Source: an uncultured Clostridia bacterium (GTDB taxonomy: Bacteria > Bacillota > Clostridia > TANB77 > CAG-508). From it: 64,000 bases of DNA. The stretch lies in the NCBI GenBank assembly GCA_934169575.1, contig CAKPOA010000006.1, positions 457 through 64,456 on the forward strand. The letters run 5' to 3'. A program made the translations under genes and the position numbers. Shown here piece after piece: positions 45,245-54,093 of this stretch; position 1 is the first letter of the stretch; each line of letters starts with the position of its first letter. The notes below the pieces were generated by a model. It ran no database searches, was not told where the DNA came from, and saw only the letters and a list, made by a program, of their open reading frames with translations.

Positions 45245-46477
45245 CTAATTTGTAATTCTATATGTTCCTAGCAAATGTTTTTTGATTAATAGTAAATCTC
45301 CTGAATTTATATTACCATCTTTATTAACATCCATTGCCAGTAAATTATTTTTATCTGTTACAACTCTTGTACCTAATAAATGTTTTTTTACTACTAATAA
45401 ATCACCTGAATTAATTTCACCATCATTATTTGCATCACCTAATTTATATGAAGTTGTTGTAGTTCTTGATGGAACTTTGCAAGCACTACTTGGCATATTT
45501 TCATATAGTGGAATAATAAATGTATAATCTCCATCTAATGCTCCAACATTTATTAATCCTCTTCTAAGTTTAGTTCCCTCATTTTGTGCTCCAAGTACAT
45601 TTTGCATATATTGATGTGTATAATGATCATATTTTGTACTTGATACATTAAATTTTTCAAAATACATTGTATTTTGACCATATTTTATGTAATTATTTGC
45701 AATTAATGAAACGCCACCTTTTATTGATTTTAAAGGAGTATTCCAACCCTGTTTTTTAGCATATTTATATCCATTTGTTAATATTGCAGCTTTATCTTTT
45801 CCATATGCTTTAACATTGAAAAAATTATAATATCCTGAATATGTTACACCATCATTTCCTTTATATTCTTTACCTGTTGCAAGTACACCTGTACCTTTTC
45901 CTTGTTCTTGGATTATTTTTGCCACAATAAAATAGGGATTTACATCATAATCTTTTCCAATTTCAATTATAGATTTTAATAAATCATCATCATTTAAATA
46001 ATCACAATTTTTCACCATTGGTTTTAAATCTTTATATGAACAATCCATATATGATAATTGTAAAAATTGGAAAATATCAACTGAATTTAATGAATTTCTT
46101 GGATCAATCATATATTCTAATGCTTGTTCTGATGCACATCTCCATGACCCACTATCATATTCTTTGTCTTTACAATATGAACAAACCCAATCTCCAGTAT
46201 AAAAATTTTTTGGAACTAAATTAGACCCATGTGTTTTATGTTCAGCACGTATTACATCATCCCAATCTAATCCTGTATAAAATACTTTTATATTCCAATT
46301 TGGGTGTTCTTTTTCTACTCGTTTTATCATGGATTTTATACCTGGATATTTATCCTCATCTATGCCATTAATATTTGAACTTGTATATTGACCAGCATAT
46401 GATTTATTTTGAAATATTCCAAATATTCCTATTAGTATTACATTTATAATTAAAATTATTGCTATAGTTCTTTTCAT
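45245..46477 (-). CDS. Secreted GH73-like peptidoglycan glucosaminidase-like protein with C-terminal type I dockerin
   Basis: Signal peptide. IVAKIIQEQGKGTG...YYNFFNVKAYG region. Two Ca-binding dockerin repeats (GDANNDGEINSGDLLVVKKHLLG and DVNKDGNINSGDLLLIKKHLLG). Start set to ATG 46477 behind an AAGAGGTGA RBS. Confidence 0.6.
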   Translation of the reverse strand: MKRTIAIILIINVILIGIFGIFQNKSYAGQYTSSNINGIDEDKYPGIKSMIKRVEKEHPNWNIKVFYTGLDWDDVIRAEHKTHGSNLVPKNFYTGDWVCSYCKDKEYDSGSWRCASEQALEYMIDPRNSLNSVDIFQFLQLSYMDCSYKDLKPMVKNCDYLNDDDLLKSIIEIGKDYDVNPYFIVAKIIQEQGKGTGVLATGKEYKGNDGVTYSGYYNFFNVKAYGKDKAAILTNGYKYAKKQGWNTPLKSIKGGVSLIANNYIKYGQNTMYFEKFNVSSTKYDHYTHQYMQNVLGAQNEGTKLRRGLINVGALDGDYTFIIPLYENMPSSACKVPSRTTTTSYKLGDANNDGEINSGDLLVVKKHLLGTRVVTDKNNLLAMDVNKDGNINSGDLLLIKKHLLGTYRITN

Positions 46478-46594
46478 ATTATCACCTCTTATGTACATTT
46501 TTTATTTCATATATAGTATATCGTTTATCCAAACATAAGTCAACAAAATTCGCCAAGTTTTTTTATAATATTATTAATTCTTTTTATTTGATAT

Positions 46595-46744
46595 TTAGGT
46601 ATTTTCATTGAATCATTTTTTTAATACTGCGCAAGCGACCAAACGAGCACAGCGAGTGCGATTGGAGCAATTTTCATTTATTTAATCTTAGATATGGAAA
46701 TTGCAACTGCAAAGTATTAAAAATAATTCAATGAAAATACCTAA
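46595..46744 (+). repeat. Copy 3 of the dispersed structured repeat
   Basis: Best-preserved copy. The arms TTAGGTATTTTCATTGAATCATTTTT...AATACT pair with AGTATTAAAAATAATTCAATGAAAATACCTAA. The core is identical in layout to the other copies. Confidence 0.9.
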
Positions 46745-46756
46745 GCTTAATAAATA

Positions 46757-47848
46757 TTAAACATTAAATTTAAATAATACAATATCTCCATCTTTCATTA
46801 TATATTCTTTACCTTCTGAGCGTACAAGACCTTTTTCTTTTGCAGCATTTAAAGAACCTTCTCTTATTAAATCATCATAAGACACAACTTCTGCTTTAAT
46901 AAAACCTCTTTCAATATCAGAGTGAATTTTTCCAGCCGCCTCAGGAGCTTTTGTTCCTTTTTTTATTGTCCAAGCTCTAACCTCTGGTTCACCAGCAGTC
47001 AAGAAAGACATTAAACCTAATAAATCATAACTCTTTTTAATTAATTTATCTAATCCAGATTCCTCAAGTCCAATTGCCTCTAACATTTCTTTTTTATCCT
47101 CATCATCTAATGTTGATATTTCTTCTTCAATTTTAACACAAAGTGGAACAATTTCCGAATTCTCTTTTTCTGCATATTGTTTAACTTTTAAAACATTTTC
47201 ATCATTTTCCCAATTTCCAATTTGTTCTTCAGAAATATTTGCAACATAAATTATAGGTTTTATAGTTAAAAGAAAAATATCTTTTAAAATTTCTCTTTCA
47301 TCATCACTATAATCTAAACTTCTTGCAGAAACACCATTTTCTAAATTCTGTTTAATTTTCTTTAATAAATCTATTTCTGCCTGATATTTTTTATCTGATT
47401 TTAACATTTTTACAGCTTTTTCTAACCTTTTATCAACAGTTTCAATATCTGCAAAAATCAATTCTAGATTAATTGTTTCAATATCTCTTATTGGATCAAT
47501 TTTTCCATCAACATGTGTTACATTAGAATTTTCAAAACATCTTACAACTTCACATATTGCATCTGTTTCTCTAATATGTGACAAAAATTTATTTCCTAAA
47601 CCTTCTCCTTTGCTTGCACCCCTTACTAATCCTGCTATATCTACAAATTCTACTATTGCATGAGTTACTTTTTGTGGATTATACATTTTAGCTAAATTAT
47701 CTAATCTCTCATCAGGTACAGCTACAATTCCAACATTTGGTTCTATAGTGCAAAAAGGATAATTTGCACATTCTGCACCTGCTTTTGTTATACTATTAAA
47801 TAATGTACTTTTTCCTACATTTGGTAATCCAACTATTCCAATTTTCAT
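46757..47848 (-). CDS. ychF: Ribosome-binding ATPase YchF
   Basis: GLPNVGKST G1 motif, DIAGLV, and the C-terminal TGS-like IERGFIKAEV. Confidence 0.95.
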   Translation of the reverse strand: MKIGIVGLPNVGKSTLFNSITKAGAECANYPFCTIEPNVGIVAVPDERLDNLAKMYNPQKVTHAIVEFVDIAGLVRGASKGEGLGNKFLSHIRETDAICEVVRCFENSNVTHVDGKIDPIRDIETINLELIFADIETVDKRLEKAVKMLKSDKKYQAEIDLLKKIKQNLENGVSARSLDYSDDEREILKDIFLLTIKPIIYVANISEEQIGNWENDENVLKVKQYAEKENSEIVPLCVKIEEEISTLDDEDKKEMLEAIGLEESGLDKLIKKSYDLLGLMSFLTAGEPEVRAWTIKKGTKAPEAAGKIHSDIERGFIKAEVVSYDDLIREGSLNAAKEKGLVRSEGKEYIMKDGDIVLFKFNV

Positions 47849-47973
47849 TTATATCATTCCTTCCTAATTTCATATATATTTTAAAATATTCACTAAAAAA
47901 AGTCAAGAGACAAGTTGATTTTTTCATATAATAGTGATATATTTATATCAGATTTTTTGAAAGGAAGTTACAT

Positions 47974-48846
47974 ATGGAAGACACTCGCTTTAATAAAACG
48001 AAAAAAGTTGGAATTTTAGGAATTATTGGAAATCTCTTCTTGCTATTTATAAAAGCTCTAATGGGTTTTTCAACACATAGTCAAGCAATGATTGCAGATG
48101 CTTTTAATAGTGGAGGAGATATTTTTGCATCACTTATGACTTTTATCGGAAATAAAATCTCCAGTGTGCCACATGATGATGACCATAATTTTGGACATGG
48201 AAAAGCAGAATATATTTTTTCTATGTTTATTGGAATTTCAATGCTGCTTGTTACTTTTAAATTATTATCAAATGCAATAAATTCTTTAATATATGGTAGT
48301 ACATTAAAATTCTCTTGGGGATTAATCATAGTTTGTATAATTACAATTCTAACAAAATTTTGTCTATTTTTATATACAAATCATGTATCCAAAAAAATAG
48401 ACAATATCCTTTTAAAAGCAAATGTAGTAGATCATAGAAATGATTGTATAGTTACAACTTTTACTTTAATTTCTACTTTACTTAGTTTAAAAGGTATTTA
48501 TGTTTTTGACAGTATTGTTGGAATTGGAATTTCCTTATGGATTGGTTATACAGGATTTAAAATTTTTCTTGAAAGTTATAATGTTTTGATGGATGTTTCT
48601 GTTGATGAAGAAACTAAAAATACTATTCTTACAATCGCAAATAAATATGATGATATTCAAAAAGTAATTAATATTTCATCATCACCTGTAGGATATAAAT
48701 ATATGATTTTTATAACAATAGGTGTTGATGGAAATATGACTACAACAAATAGTCATAAACTTGCAGATACTCTTGAAAAAGATGTTTCAACTTTAACTAA
48801 TGTTTACACTACTATCGTACATGTAGAACCTATTATCAAAAAATAA
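47974..48846 (+). CDS. Cation diffusion facilitator family transporter
   Basis: Six TM segments, SQAMIADAFNSGGD and HRNDC motifs, and a C-terminal cytoplasmic domain. Confidence 0.8.
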   Translation: MEDTRFNKTKKVGILGIIGNLFLLFIKALMGFSTHSQAMIADAFNSGGDIFASLMTFIGNKISSVPHDDDHNFGHGKAEYIFSMFIGISMLLVTFKLLSNAINSLIYGSTLKFSWGLIIVCIITILTKFCLFLYTNHVSKKIDNILLKANVVDHRNDCIVTTFTLISTLLSLKGIYVFDSIVGIGISLWIGYTGFKIFLESYNVLMDVSVDEETKNTILTIANKYDDIQKVINISSSPVGYKYMIFITIGVDGNMTTTNSHKLADTLEKDVSTLTNVYTTIVHVEPIIKK

Positions 48847-48878
48847 CCGTGATTTTTTTAATCACGGCTATTTTTTAT
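48847..48878. terminator. Bidirectional terminator overlapping the 3' end of the flavoprotein gene
   Basis: CCGTGATT-TTTTT-AATCACGG followed by CTATTTTTTAT. Confidence 0.65.
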
Positions 48879-49736
48879 TTTCTTAATTATTTCAAGACCA
48901 GCTACAGTCCCTTGATAAACAGCTTTTGAAATTTGCAAAATTCCGCCAGTGCAATCACCACAAGCATAAATATTTGGCACATTAGTTTCCATTTTATCAT
49001 TTACAACAATATAATCTTCTATAATTTTTGCACCTATTTTTTTTGCAAAATCTACACTACTTGCTGTCCCTTCTGCAATAAATACACCATCAATATTTTT
49101 TGATGTCCCATCTTCAAATACAATTTTCTCTATGTTTTTTTCTCCATCAAATTCTTTTATTTTTTTTGTATTTATCTCAATATCTTTCCTATTTTCTATA
49201 GCATTTTTTCCATTTGTAAGCATAGTTATATTAGATGTAACATTAGATAAATTATCAATTTCTTCAATTGCATAATATCCATTTCCAAGAACTGCTACAT
49301 TTTTATTTTTATAAAACATAGCATCACAAATTGCACAATAACTTATACCTTTTCCTTCAAATTCTGCTATTCCCTTTATGTTAGGCTTCTTTCTATTTAT
49401 TCCTGTTGCTAGGATTACTGTTTTTGTAATAAATTTTTCATCAATCCCTTGGTTTGCAATAATTATTTCATAACAATTATTTTCTGCATATTTAATTCCT
49501 ACAACTTCTTTTTTTAAGAAATTTACACCTAATCTTTTTGCCTGATTAATACCATTTTGCATTAATTTTTCACCAGAAATAGGTTCATCAAATCCATAAT
49601 AATTTTCAATTATTTCAGCTTTTTTTGCTATACTTTTATTTTCTGATATTACCAATATTTTTAAACCAGCTCTTACCATATATATACTTGCAGATATACC
49701 TGCTGGACCAGAGCCTATTATTATACAATCATACAT
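48858..49736 (-). CDS. Thioredoxin-reductase-like flavoprotein lacking the canonical NADPH HRRxxxR motif
   Basis: FAD motif GSGPAG, redox CAIC, second dinucleotide motif GNGYYAIEE, and GDCTGG. No HRR motif follows the second Rossmann strand. Directly downstream of trxA. Confidence 0.7.
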   Translation of the reverse strand: MYDCIIIGSGPAGISASIYMVRAGLKILVISENKSIAKKAEIIENYYGFDEPISGEKLMQNGINQAKRLGVNFLKKEVVGIKYAENNCYEIIIANQGIDEKFITKTVILATGINRKKPNIKGIAEFEGKGISYCAICDAMFYKNKNVAVLGNGYYAIEEIDNLSNVTSNITMLTNGKNAIENRKDIEINTKKIKEFDGEKNIEKIVFEDGTSKNIDGVFIAEGTASSVDFAKKIGAKIIEDYIVVNDKMETNVPNIYACGDCTGGILQISKAVYQGTVAGLEIIKKIKNSRD

Positions 49737-49744
49737 ACATACTC

Positions 49745-50053
49745 CTATTTTACTAATTCTAACATTTCAGACTTATCTATAAGTCCAACACTTCTATTTA
49801 CTTCTTCACCATTTTTTATAACAACTAATGTTGGTATTGACATCACACCATACTTTACAGCTAAATCAGGTAATTCATCTACATTTATTTTTACAACTTT
49901 TACTTTTTCATTTTCTTTTGCAAATTGTTCAATTATCGGTGACAACATTTTACATGGTCCACACCAATCAGCGAAAAAATCTATTAATACTGTTTTTTCA
50001 CTTTCTAAAACTTCTTTTTCAAAATTATCATCATTGATTTTTAATATTTCCAT
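49745..50053 (-). CDS. trxA: Thioredoxin
   Basis: WCGPCK active site. ~102 aa. Start set to ATG 50053. Confidence 0.93.
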   Translation of the reverse strand: MEILKINDDNFEKEVLESEKTVLIDFFADWCGPCKMLSPIIEQFAKENEKVKVVKINVDELPDLAVKYGVMSIPTLVVIKNGEEVNRSVGLIDKSEMLELVK

Positions 50054-50104
50054 AATAACTATCAATCCTTTCTTTTATATTATATCACTAAATTACTTTT
50101 TTAT

Positions 50105-51082
50105 TTAAACTATTTTGTTATACAAATATTGCATATATTTATATACTCCATTTGCCCAATTTTTATCAGATGCATATCTCTTATTTACACTTGTTAATGT
50201 ATTTCCACTATAATAACTACCTTTAGCTTTTTGTCCATCATATATACTTGTACCAGCTGGATTCAAATAATATTTCACAAAAACTCTTGCAATTAAATCA
50301 ATTGATTCTGCATAGTTTTCAAAAGAATATGCTCCATTATATGGATTTGAATCATATGCTCCATATCCAAATAAATTATATTTATTTCTTGCAATTTTTG
50401 ATGTTCCCCATGCACTTTCATGTATTCCAACAGCTGCAACAAATAATCCATTAATATTATATTGTTCTTCTATATAATAAAAATATTTTGCATTATCTTG
50501 AAAAATATTATTTTTATCTTTATCATCTGTTAAAGCTTTTGTAAATTGTTCTAAACTATATCCACTTGGCTTATTTAATGCAATATTAAAATCTAAAGTA
50601 TTATCTGTTTTTTTAGTTTCTGGTTTTACATACTTTTTTGTTCCAATTTGAATAATTTTATTTATTGATGATTTTACTACAACTGCAGATACTTGTTCTT
50701 CTTTTATTAGCTCTCCATTTTCATCATATACTCTTTTAGTTGTTATTGCTTGAACGCCATTTCTTCCTTCTTGTGATACTCTGGTTTCTCCAATATATAT
50801 TTCATCACTATTTTGATATTTTGTTATATATTCTAATTCTTCTTCTTGTACGGTTATTTCTTCTCTATATCCTATTTTATTCGAATTTTCTTTTATTATT
50901 TCATCTAAATCTACTTTTTGTGCAGTACTTATTTGTACATTTTTTTCTGTTTCAAATTCTTTTGCATAAGTATTTTTTTCTGATTTATTTATAACACAAA
51001 TAAAAGCTATACAAATTAATAATAATATTACAATTATTACTATTTTTTTATTTATTTTTTCTTTTGAGATCATTTTCATCAC
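50105..51082 (-). CDS. G5-domain peptidoglycan N-acetylglucosaminidase (GH73)
   Basis: Signal anchor, G5 domain (ETRVSQEGRNGVQAITTKRVYDENGELI), and GH73 core GIHESAWGTSKIA...NLFGYGAY. Exact start (51082, 51079 or 51073) is uncertain. TTGACA-17-TACAAT promoter upstream. Confidence 0.8.
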   Translation of the reverse strand: MMKMISKEKINKKIVIIVILLLICIAFICVINKSEKNTYAKEFETEKNVQISTAQKVDLDEIIKENSNKIGYREEITVQEEELEYITKYQNSDEIYIGETRVSQEGRNGVQAITTKRVYDENGELIKEEQVSAVVVKSSINKIIQIGTKKYVKPETKKTDNTLDFNIALNKPSGYSLEQFTKALTDDKDKNNIFQDNAKYFYYIEEQYNINGLFVAAVGIHESAWGTSKIARNKYNLFGYGAYDSNPYNGAYSFENYAESIDLIARVFVKYYLNPAGTSIYDGQKAKGSYYSGNTLTSVNKRYASDKNWANGVYKYMQYLYNKIV

Positions 51083-51180
51083 CTAATTTTATTGTAATAT
51101 TTATGACCATTTTTGTCAATATAAATTTTAAAAGAGACAATTATTATGGTTGCAAATCAGCCTAAAATTAATTCAAACTT

Positions 51181-51328
51181 GATATTTATATTGTATTATT
51201 TTTTTCATACTTTGCAGTCGCAATTTCCATATTTAAAAATTAATTAAATGAAAATTGCTCCAATCGCACTCGCTTTGCTCGTTTGATCGCTTACGCAGTA
51301 TTTAAAAAATAATACAATATAAATATTC
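51181..51328 (-). repeat. Copy 4 of the dispersed structured repeat (inverted orientation)
   Basis: The reverse complement reads AATACTGCGTAAGCGATCAAACGAGCAAAGCGAGTGCGATTGGAGCAATTTTCAT...ATGGAAATTGCGACTGCAAAGTAT. The 23-bp arms ATATTTATATTGTATTATTTTTT and their complement are perfect. Confidence 0.85.
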
Positions 51329-51379
51329 AAATCACAGATTTTAATTTGCTTGCTTATACATAATATAGTCTCTTAAATT

Positions 51380-52195
51380 TTATTGTGTTACTTGACTTGA
51401 AAGTCCATAATAATTATATAACCATGTCATATAATCAAAAGGTTTCATTGTTTCAGGCATACCATAATCAACTCCAAAAGTATCAACAGAAACTGATGAA
51501 ATTTTTACATCCTGAACAGGTGTTGATTTTTCAGAAGAACTTGATGAATCAGAACTATTATCATCTGAATCAGATTTTACTTCAACTTCTGCAATTTTTT
51601 TAACAACATCCATTCCCTCAATTACTTTACCAAAACCAGCATAATATCCACTTAAAGAAGTATAATTATTTGTTGTCATGATAAAAAATTGTGTTCCTGC
51701 AGAATTATAAGATTCTTCAGCTAATGTTGATGAATACTGAGTATAATCTCCTCTTGCCATAGCAATAACACCTTCTGTTAAATTTAAATCATTTTGTTCA
51801 AATTTATTTGCAGCCATTTCTCCTTTTATACAATATTCTGTTTGATCATCATTTCCATTTAAATTTCCAAGTTTTGCACTACCTTTTCCAGTTCCTTCAG
51901 AATCTCCACCTTGTATCATAAAATCTTTTATAACTCTATGAAATTTTAATCCATTATAAAATCCATTATTTGCAAGTTTTACAAAATTCTTAACAGTATT
52001 TGGTGCTTTATCTGGATATAATTCAATTTTAATAGTACCAAAATTTTCAACTTCCATTGTTACAATAGGATTACTTATATTTAAAGTTTTCTTTTTATAA
52101 TATCCCACAAACAAATATGAAAGTATAGCAATTATTAATATAAATGCAATACATGTTATTATAATATTTATTTTTTTATTTTTCTTTTCTTCCAT
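51380..52195 (-). CDS. Membrane-anchored cyclophilin-type peptidyl-prolyl isomerase
   Basis: FHRVIKDFMIQGGD and GTQFFI motifs, with an N-terminal TM. Start set to ATG 52195 behind a GGAGGA RBS. Confidence 0.88.
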   Translation of the reverse strand: MEEKKNKKINIIITCIAFILIIAILSYLFVGYYKKKTLNISNPIVTMEVENFGTIKIELYPDKAPNTVKNFVKLANNGFYNGLKFHRVIKDFMIQGGDSEGTGKGSAKLGNLNGNDDQTEYCIKGEMAANKFEQNDLNLTEGVIAMARGDYTQYSSTLAEESYNSAGTQFFIMTTNNYTSLSGYYAGFGKVIEGMDVVKKIAEVEVKSDSDDNSSDSSSSSEKSTPVQDVKISSVSVDTFGVDYGMPETMKPFDYMTWLYNYYGLSSQVTQ

Positions 52196-52261
52196 CTTTA
52201 ATTCCTCCAAACTTGTTTTGCTTTTTCTATATTACAATATTTTTCTTAGTATGTCAATAAT

Positions 52262-54010
52262 TTATTGATATTTTTCTCTCTTTGAATATTTCGTATGTAA
52301 AAGTTCATGCGAAATTTCACTATTAGGGTATTTTAAATATTCATTATAAATATTTTTTACAATAGGATTTTGGTGTGATTTTCTCATAAATTTCTTTTCA
52401 TCAATATTATAAATAGCATTAGCTCTTAATTTTTGAACATCAACTTCTCTTCTAATCTTAGAAGTTTTTATTGGTTGTCCACCACCCATTATACAGCCAC
52501 CTGGACAAGCCATAATTTCAATAAAATCATAAGAAGCTTTACCAGACTTAATTTCTTCAATAATTTTTCTAGCATTTCCTAAACCATTTGCTACAGCAAT
52601 TTTAAAATCTTTATCATTTATACTTACAATAGCCTTTTTGATACCTTTTTGTCCACGGACTTCTTCAAATTCTATTTCTTCTAAATCTTTTCCTGTAAGT
52701 AAATCTTGTGCTGTTCTAAGTGCCGCTTCCATAACACCGCCAGTAGTCCCAAATATTGCTCCAGCACCACTTGCTTCCCCCATAGGGTTATCAAATTCCG
52801 TATCTTTTAATATTTTAAAATCAATATTTGCCTGTCTAATCATTTTAGCTAGTTCACGTGTTGTAATAACTGCATCTACATTATATAGATCATTATTTTT
52901 CATTTCTGGTCTTTGTCTTTCAAATTTTTTCGCAACACATGGCATAACAGAAACAACATAAATCTTTTCTGGATTTATTCCAATTTTGTTAGCATAATAA
53001 GTTTTTAAAATAGCTCCAAACATTTCGTGTGGAGATTTACATGTTGATAAATATTTTATCATTTCTGGATATTCCATCTCCATAAATCTTACCCAAGCAG
53101 GACAACAAGATGTAATTATAGGTAAATCTTTGCCATTTTTCACCCTATTTATAAATTCAGTAGTTTCTTCCATTATAGTAAAATCTGCTCCTGTATTTGT
53201 ATCAAAAACTTTATCAAATCCTAATCTCTTTAATGCAGTTATCATTTTTCCTTCAACATTTGTTCCTATTTCCATTCCAAATTCTTCACCAAGAGCCACT
53301 CTTACAGCTGGTGCAGTTTGCACAACAACAAAATAATTTTCATCTTTTAATTTTTCATAAACTTCATCTATATTTTCTTTTTCATGTAAACCTGCTGTAG
53401 GGCAATTTTGTATACATTGTCCACAAAATGTACAATTCACATCATCTAAAGATTTATGTTCAAATGTTGATATAGTTGAATCATATCCTCTATTTACACA
53501 ATCTATAGCTCCAATTTCTTGAATATTTTTGCATGTAGATACACATCTTCTACATAATACACATTTTGATGTATCTCTTACAACTGCAACAGATTTCTCA
53601 TCAAATACTCTTGTAGGCAGTTCTCCTTCAAATTCAATATCAGTAATTCCAAATTTTAAAGCTAATTTCTGTAATTCACAATTTCCATGCCTTATACAGC
53701 TCAAACATTTTTTATCATGACTAGATAAAATTAGTTTAAGCACATTTTTCCTCGCTTCATTTACTTGGTCAGTATTTGTTTTTATAACCATTCCCTGTTC
53801 AACTTTTTGCATACAAGCTGTTACAAAACCTCTTGCACCTTGAACCTCAACTAAACAAATCCTACAATCCCCAATTTCATTTATATCTTTTAAAAAGCAC
53901 AATGTTGGTATATCAATTCCAACTTCTTTTGCAGCTTCTAAAATAGTTGTTCCATTTTTTACATTAACTTCTATTCCATCAATTGTTGCAGATATTATTC
54001 CATCTTCCAT
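52262..54010 (-). CDS. hydA: [FeFe]-hydrogenase catalytic subunit HydA
   Basis: H-cluster motifs TSCCPAW, MPCVAKKFE and EIMACPGGCIMGGGQP. N-terminal 2Fe-2S and 4Fe-4S Cys clusters. Start set to ATG 54010. Confidence 0.92.
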   Translation of the reverse strand: MEDGIISATIDGIEVNVKNGTTILEAAKEVGIDIPTLCFLKDINEIGDCRICLVEVQGARGFVTACMQKVEQGMVIKTNTDQVNEARKNVLKLILSSHDKKCLSCIRHGNCELQKLALKFGITDIEFEGELPTRVFDEKSVAVVRDTSKCVLCRRCVSTCKNIQEIGAIDCVNRGYDSTISTFEHKSLDDVNCTFCGQCIQNCPTAGLHEKENIDEVYEKLKDENYFVVVQTAPAVRVALGEEFGMEIGTNVEGKMITALKRLGFDKVFDTNTGADFTIMEETTEFINRVKNGKDLPIITSCCPAWVRFMEMEYPEMIKYLSTCKSPHEMFGAILKTYYANKIGINPEKIYVVSVMPCVAKKFERQRPEMKNNDLYNVDAVITTRELAKMIRQANIDFKILKDTEFDNPMGEASGAGAIFGTTGGVMEAALRTAQDLLTGKDLEEIEFEEVRGQKGIKKAIVSINDKDFKIAVANGLGNARKIIEEIKSGKASYDFIEIMACPGGCIMGGGQPIKTSKIRREVDVQKLRANAIYNIDEKKFMRKSHQNPIVKNIYNEYLKYPNSEISHELLHTKYSKREKYQ

Positions 54011-54093
54011 TTCTATTCCTCCATACTTTGTATATGTAATCACATTTTGAATTAAAGTTGACGCAGTCCAAAATTGTAATTATTTTTCAACCA

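Noticed and set aside
46624-46677. An 18-codon hydrophobic mini-ORF on the antisense strand of the repeat core (MKIAPIALAVLVWSLAQY in copy 3, MKIAPIALAMLVWSLTRYS in copy 2). It suggests a type I toxin-like peptide.
   Set aside because: No Shine-Dalgarno sequence precedes the ATG in any copy. The ATG is buried in a conserved hairpin. The frame is broken by a 1-nt indel in copy 1 and by TGG to TGA in copy 4. The wobble pairs favour the opposite strand as the functional RNA. It is kept only as an alternative to test by ribo-seq.
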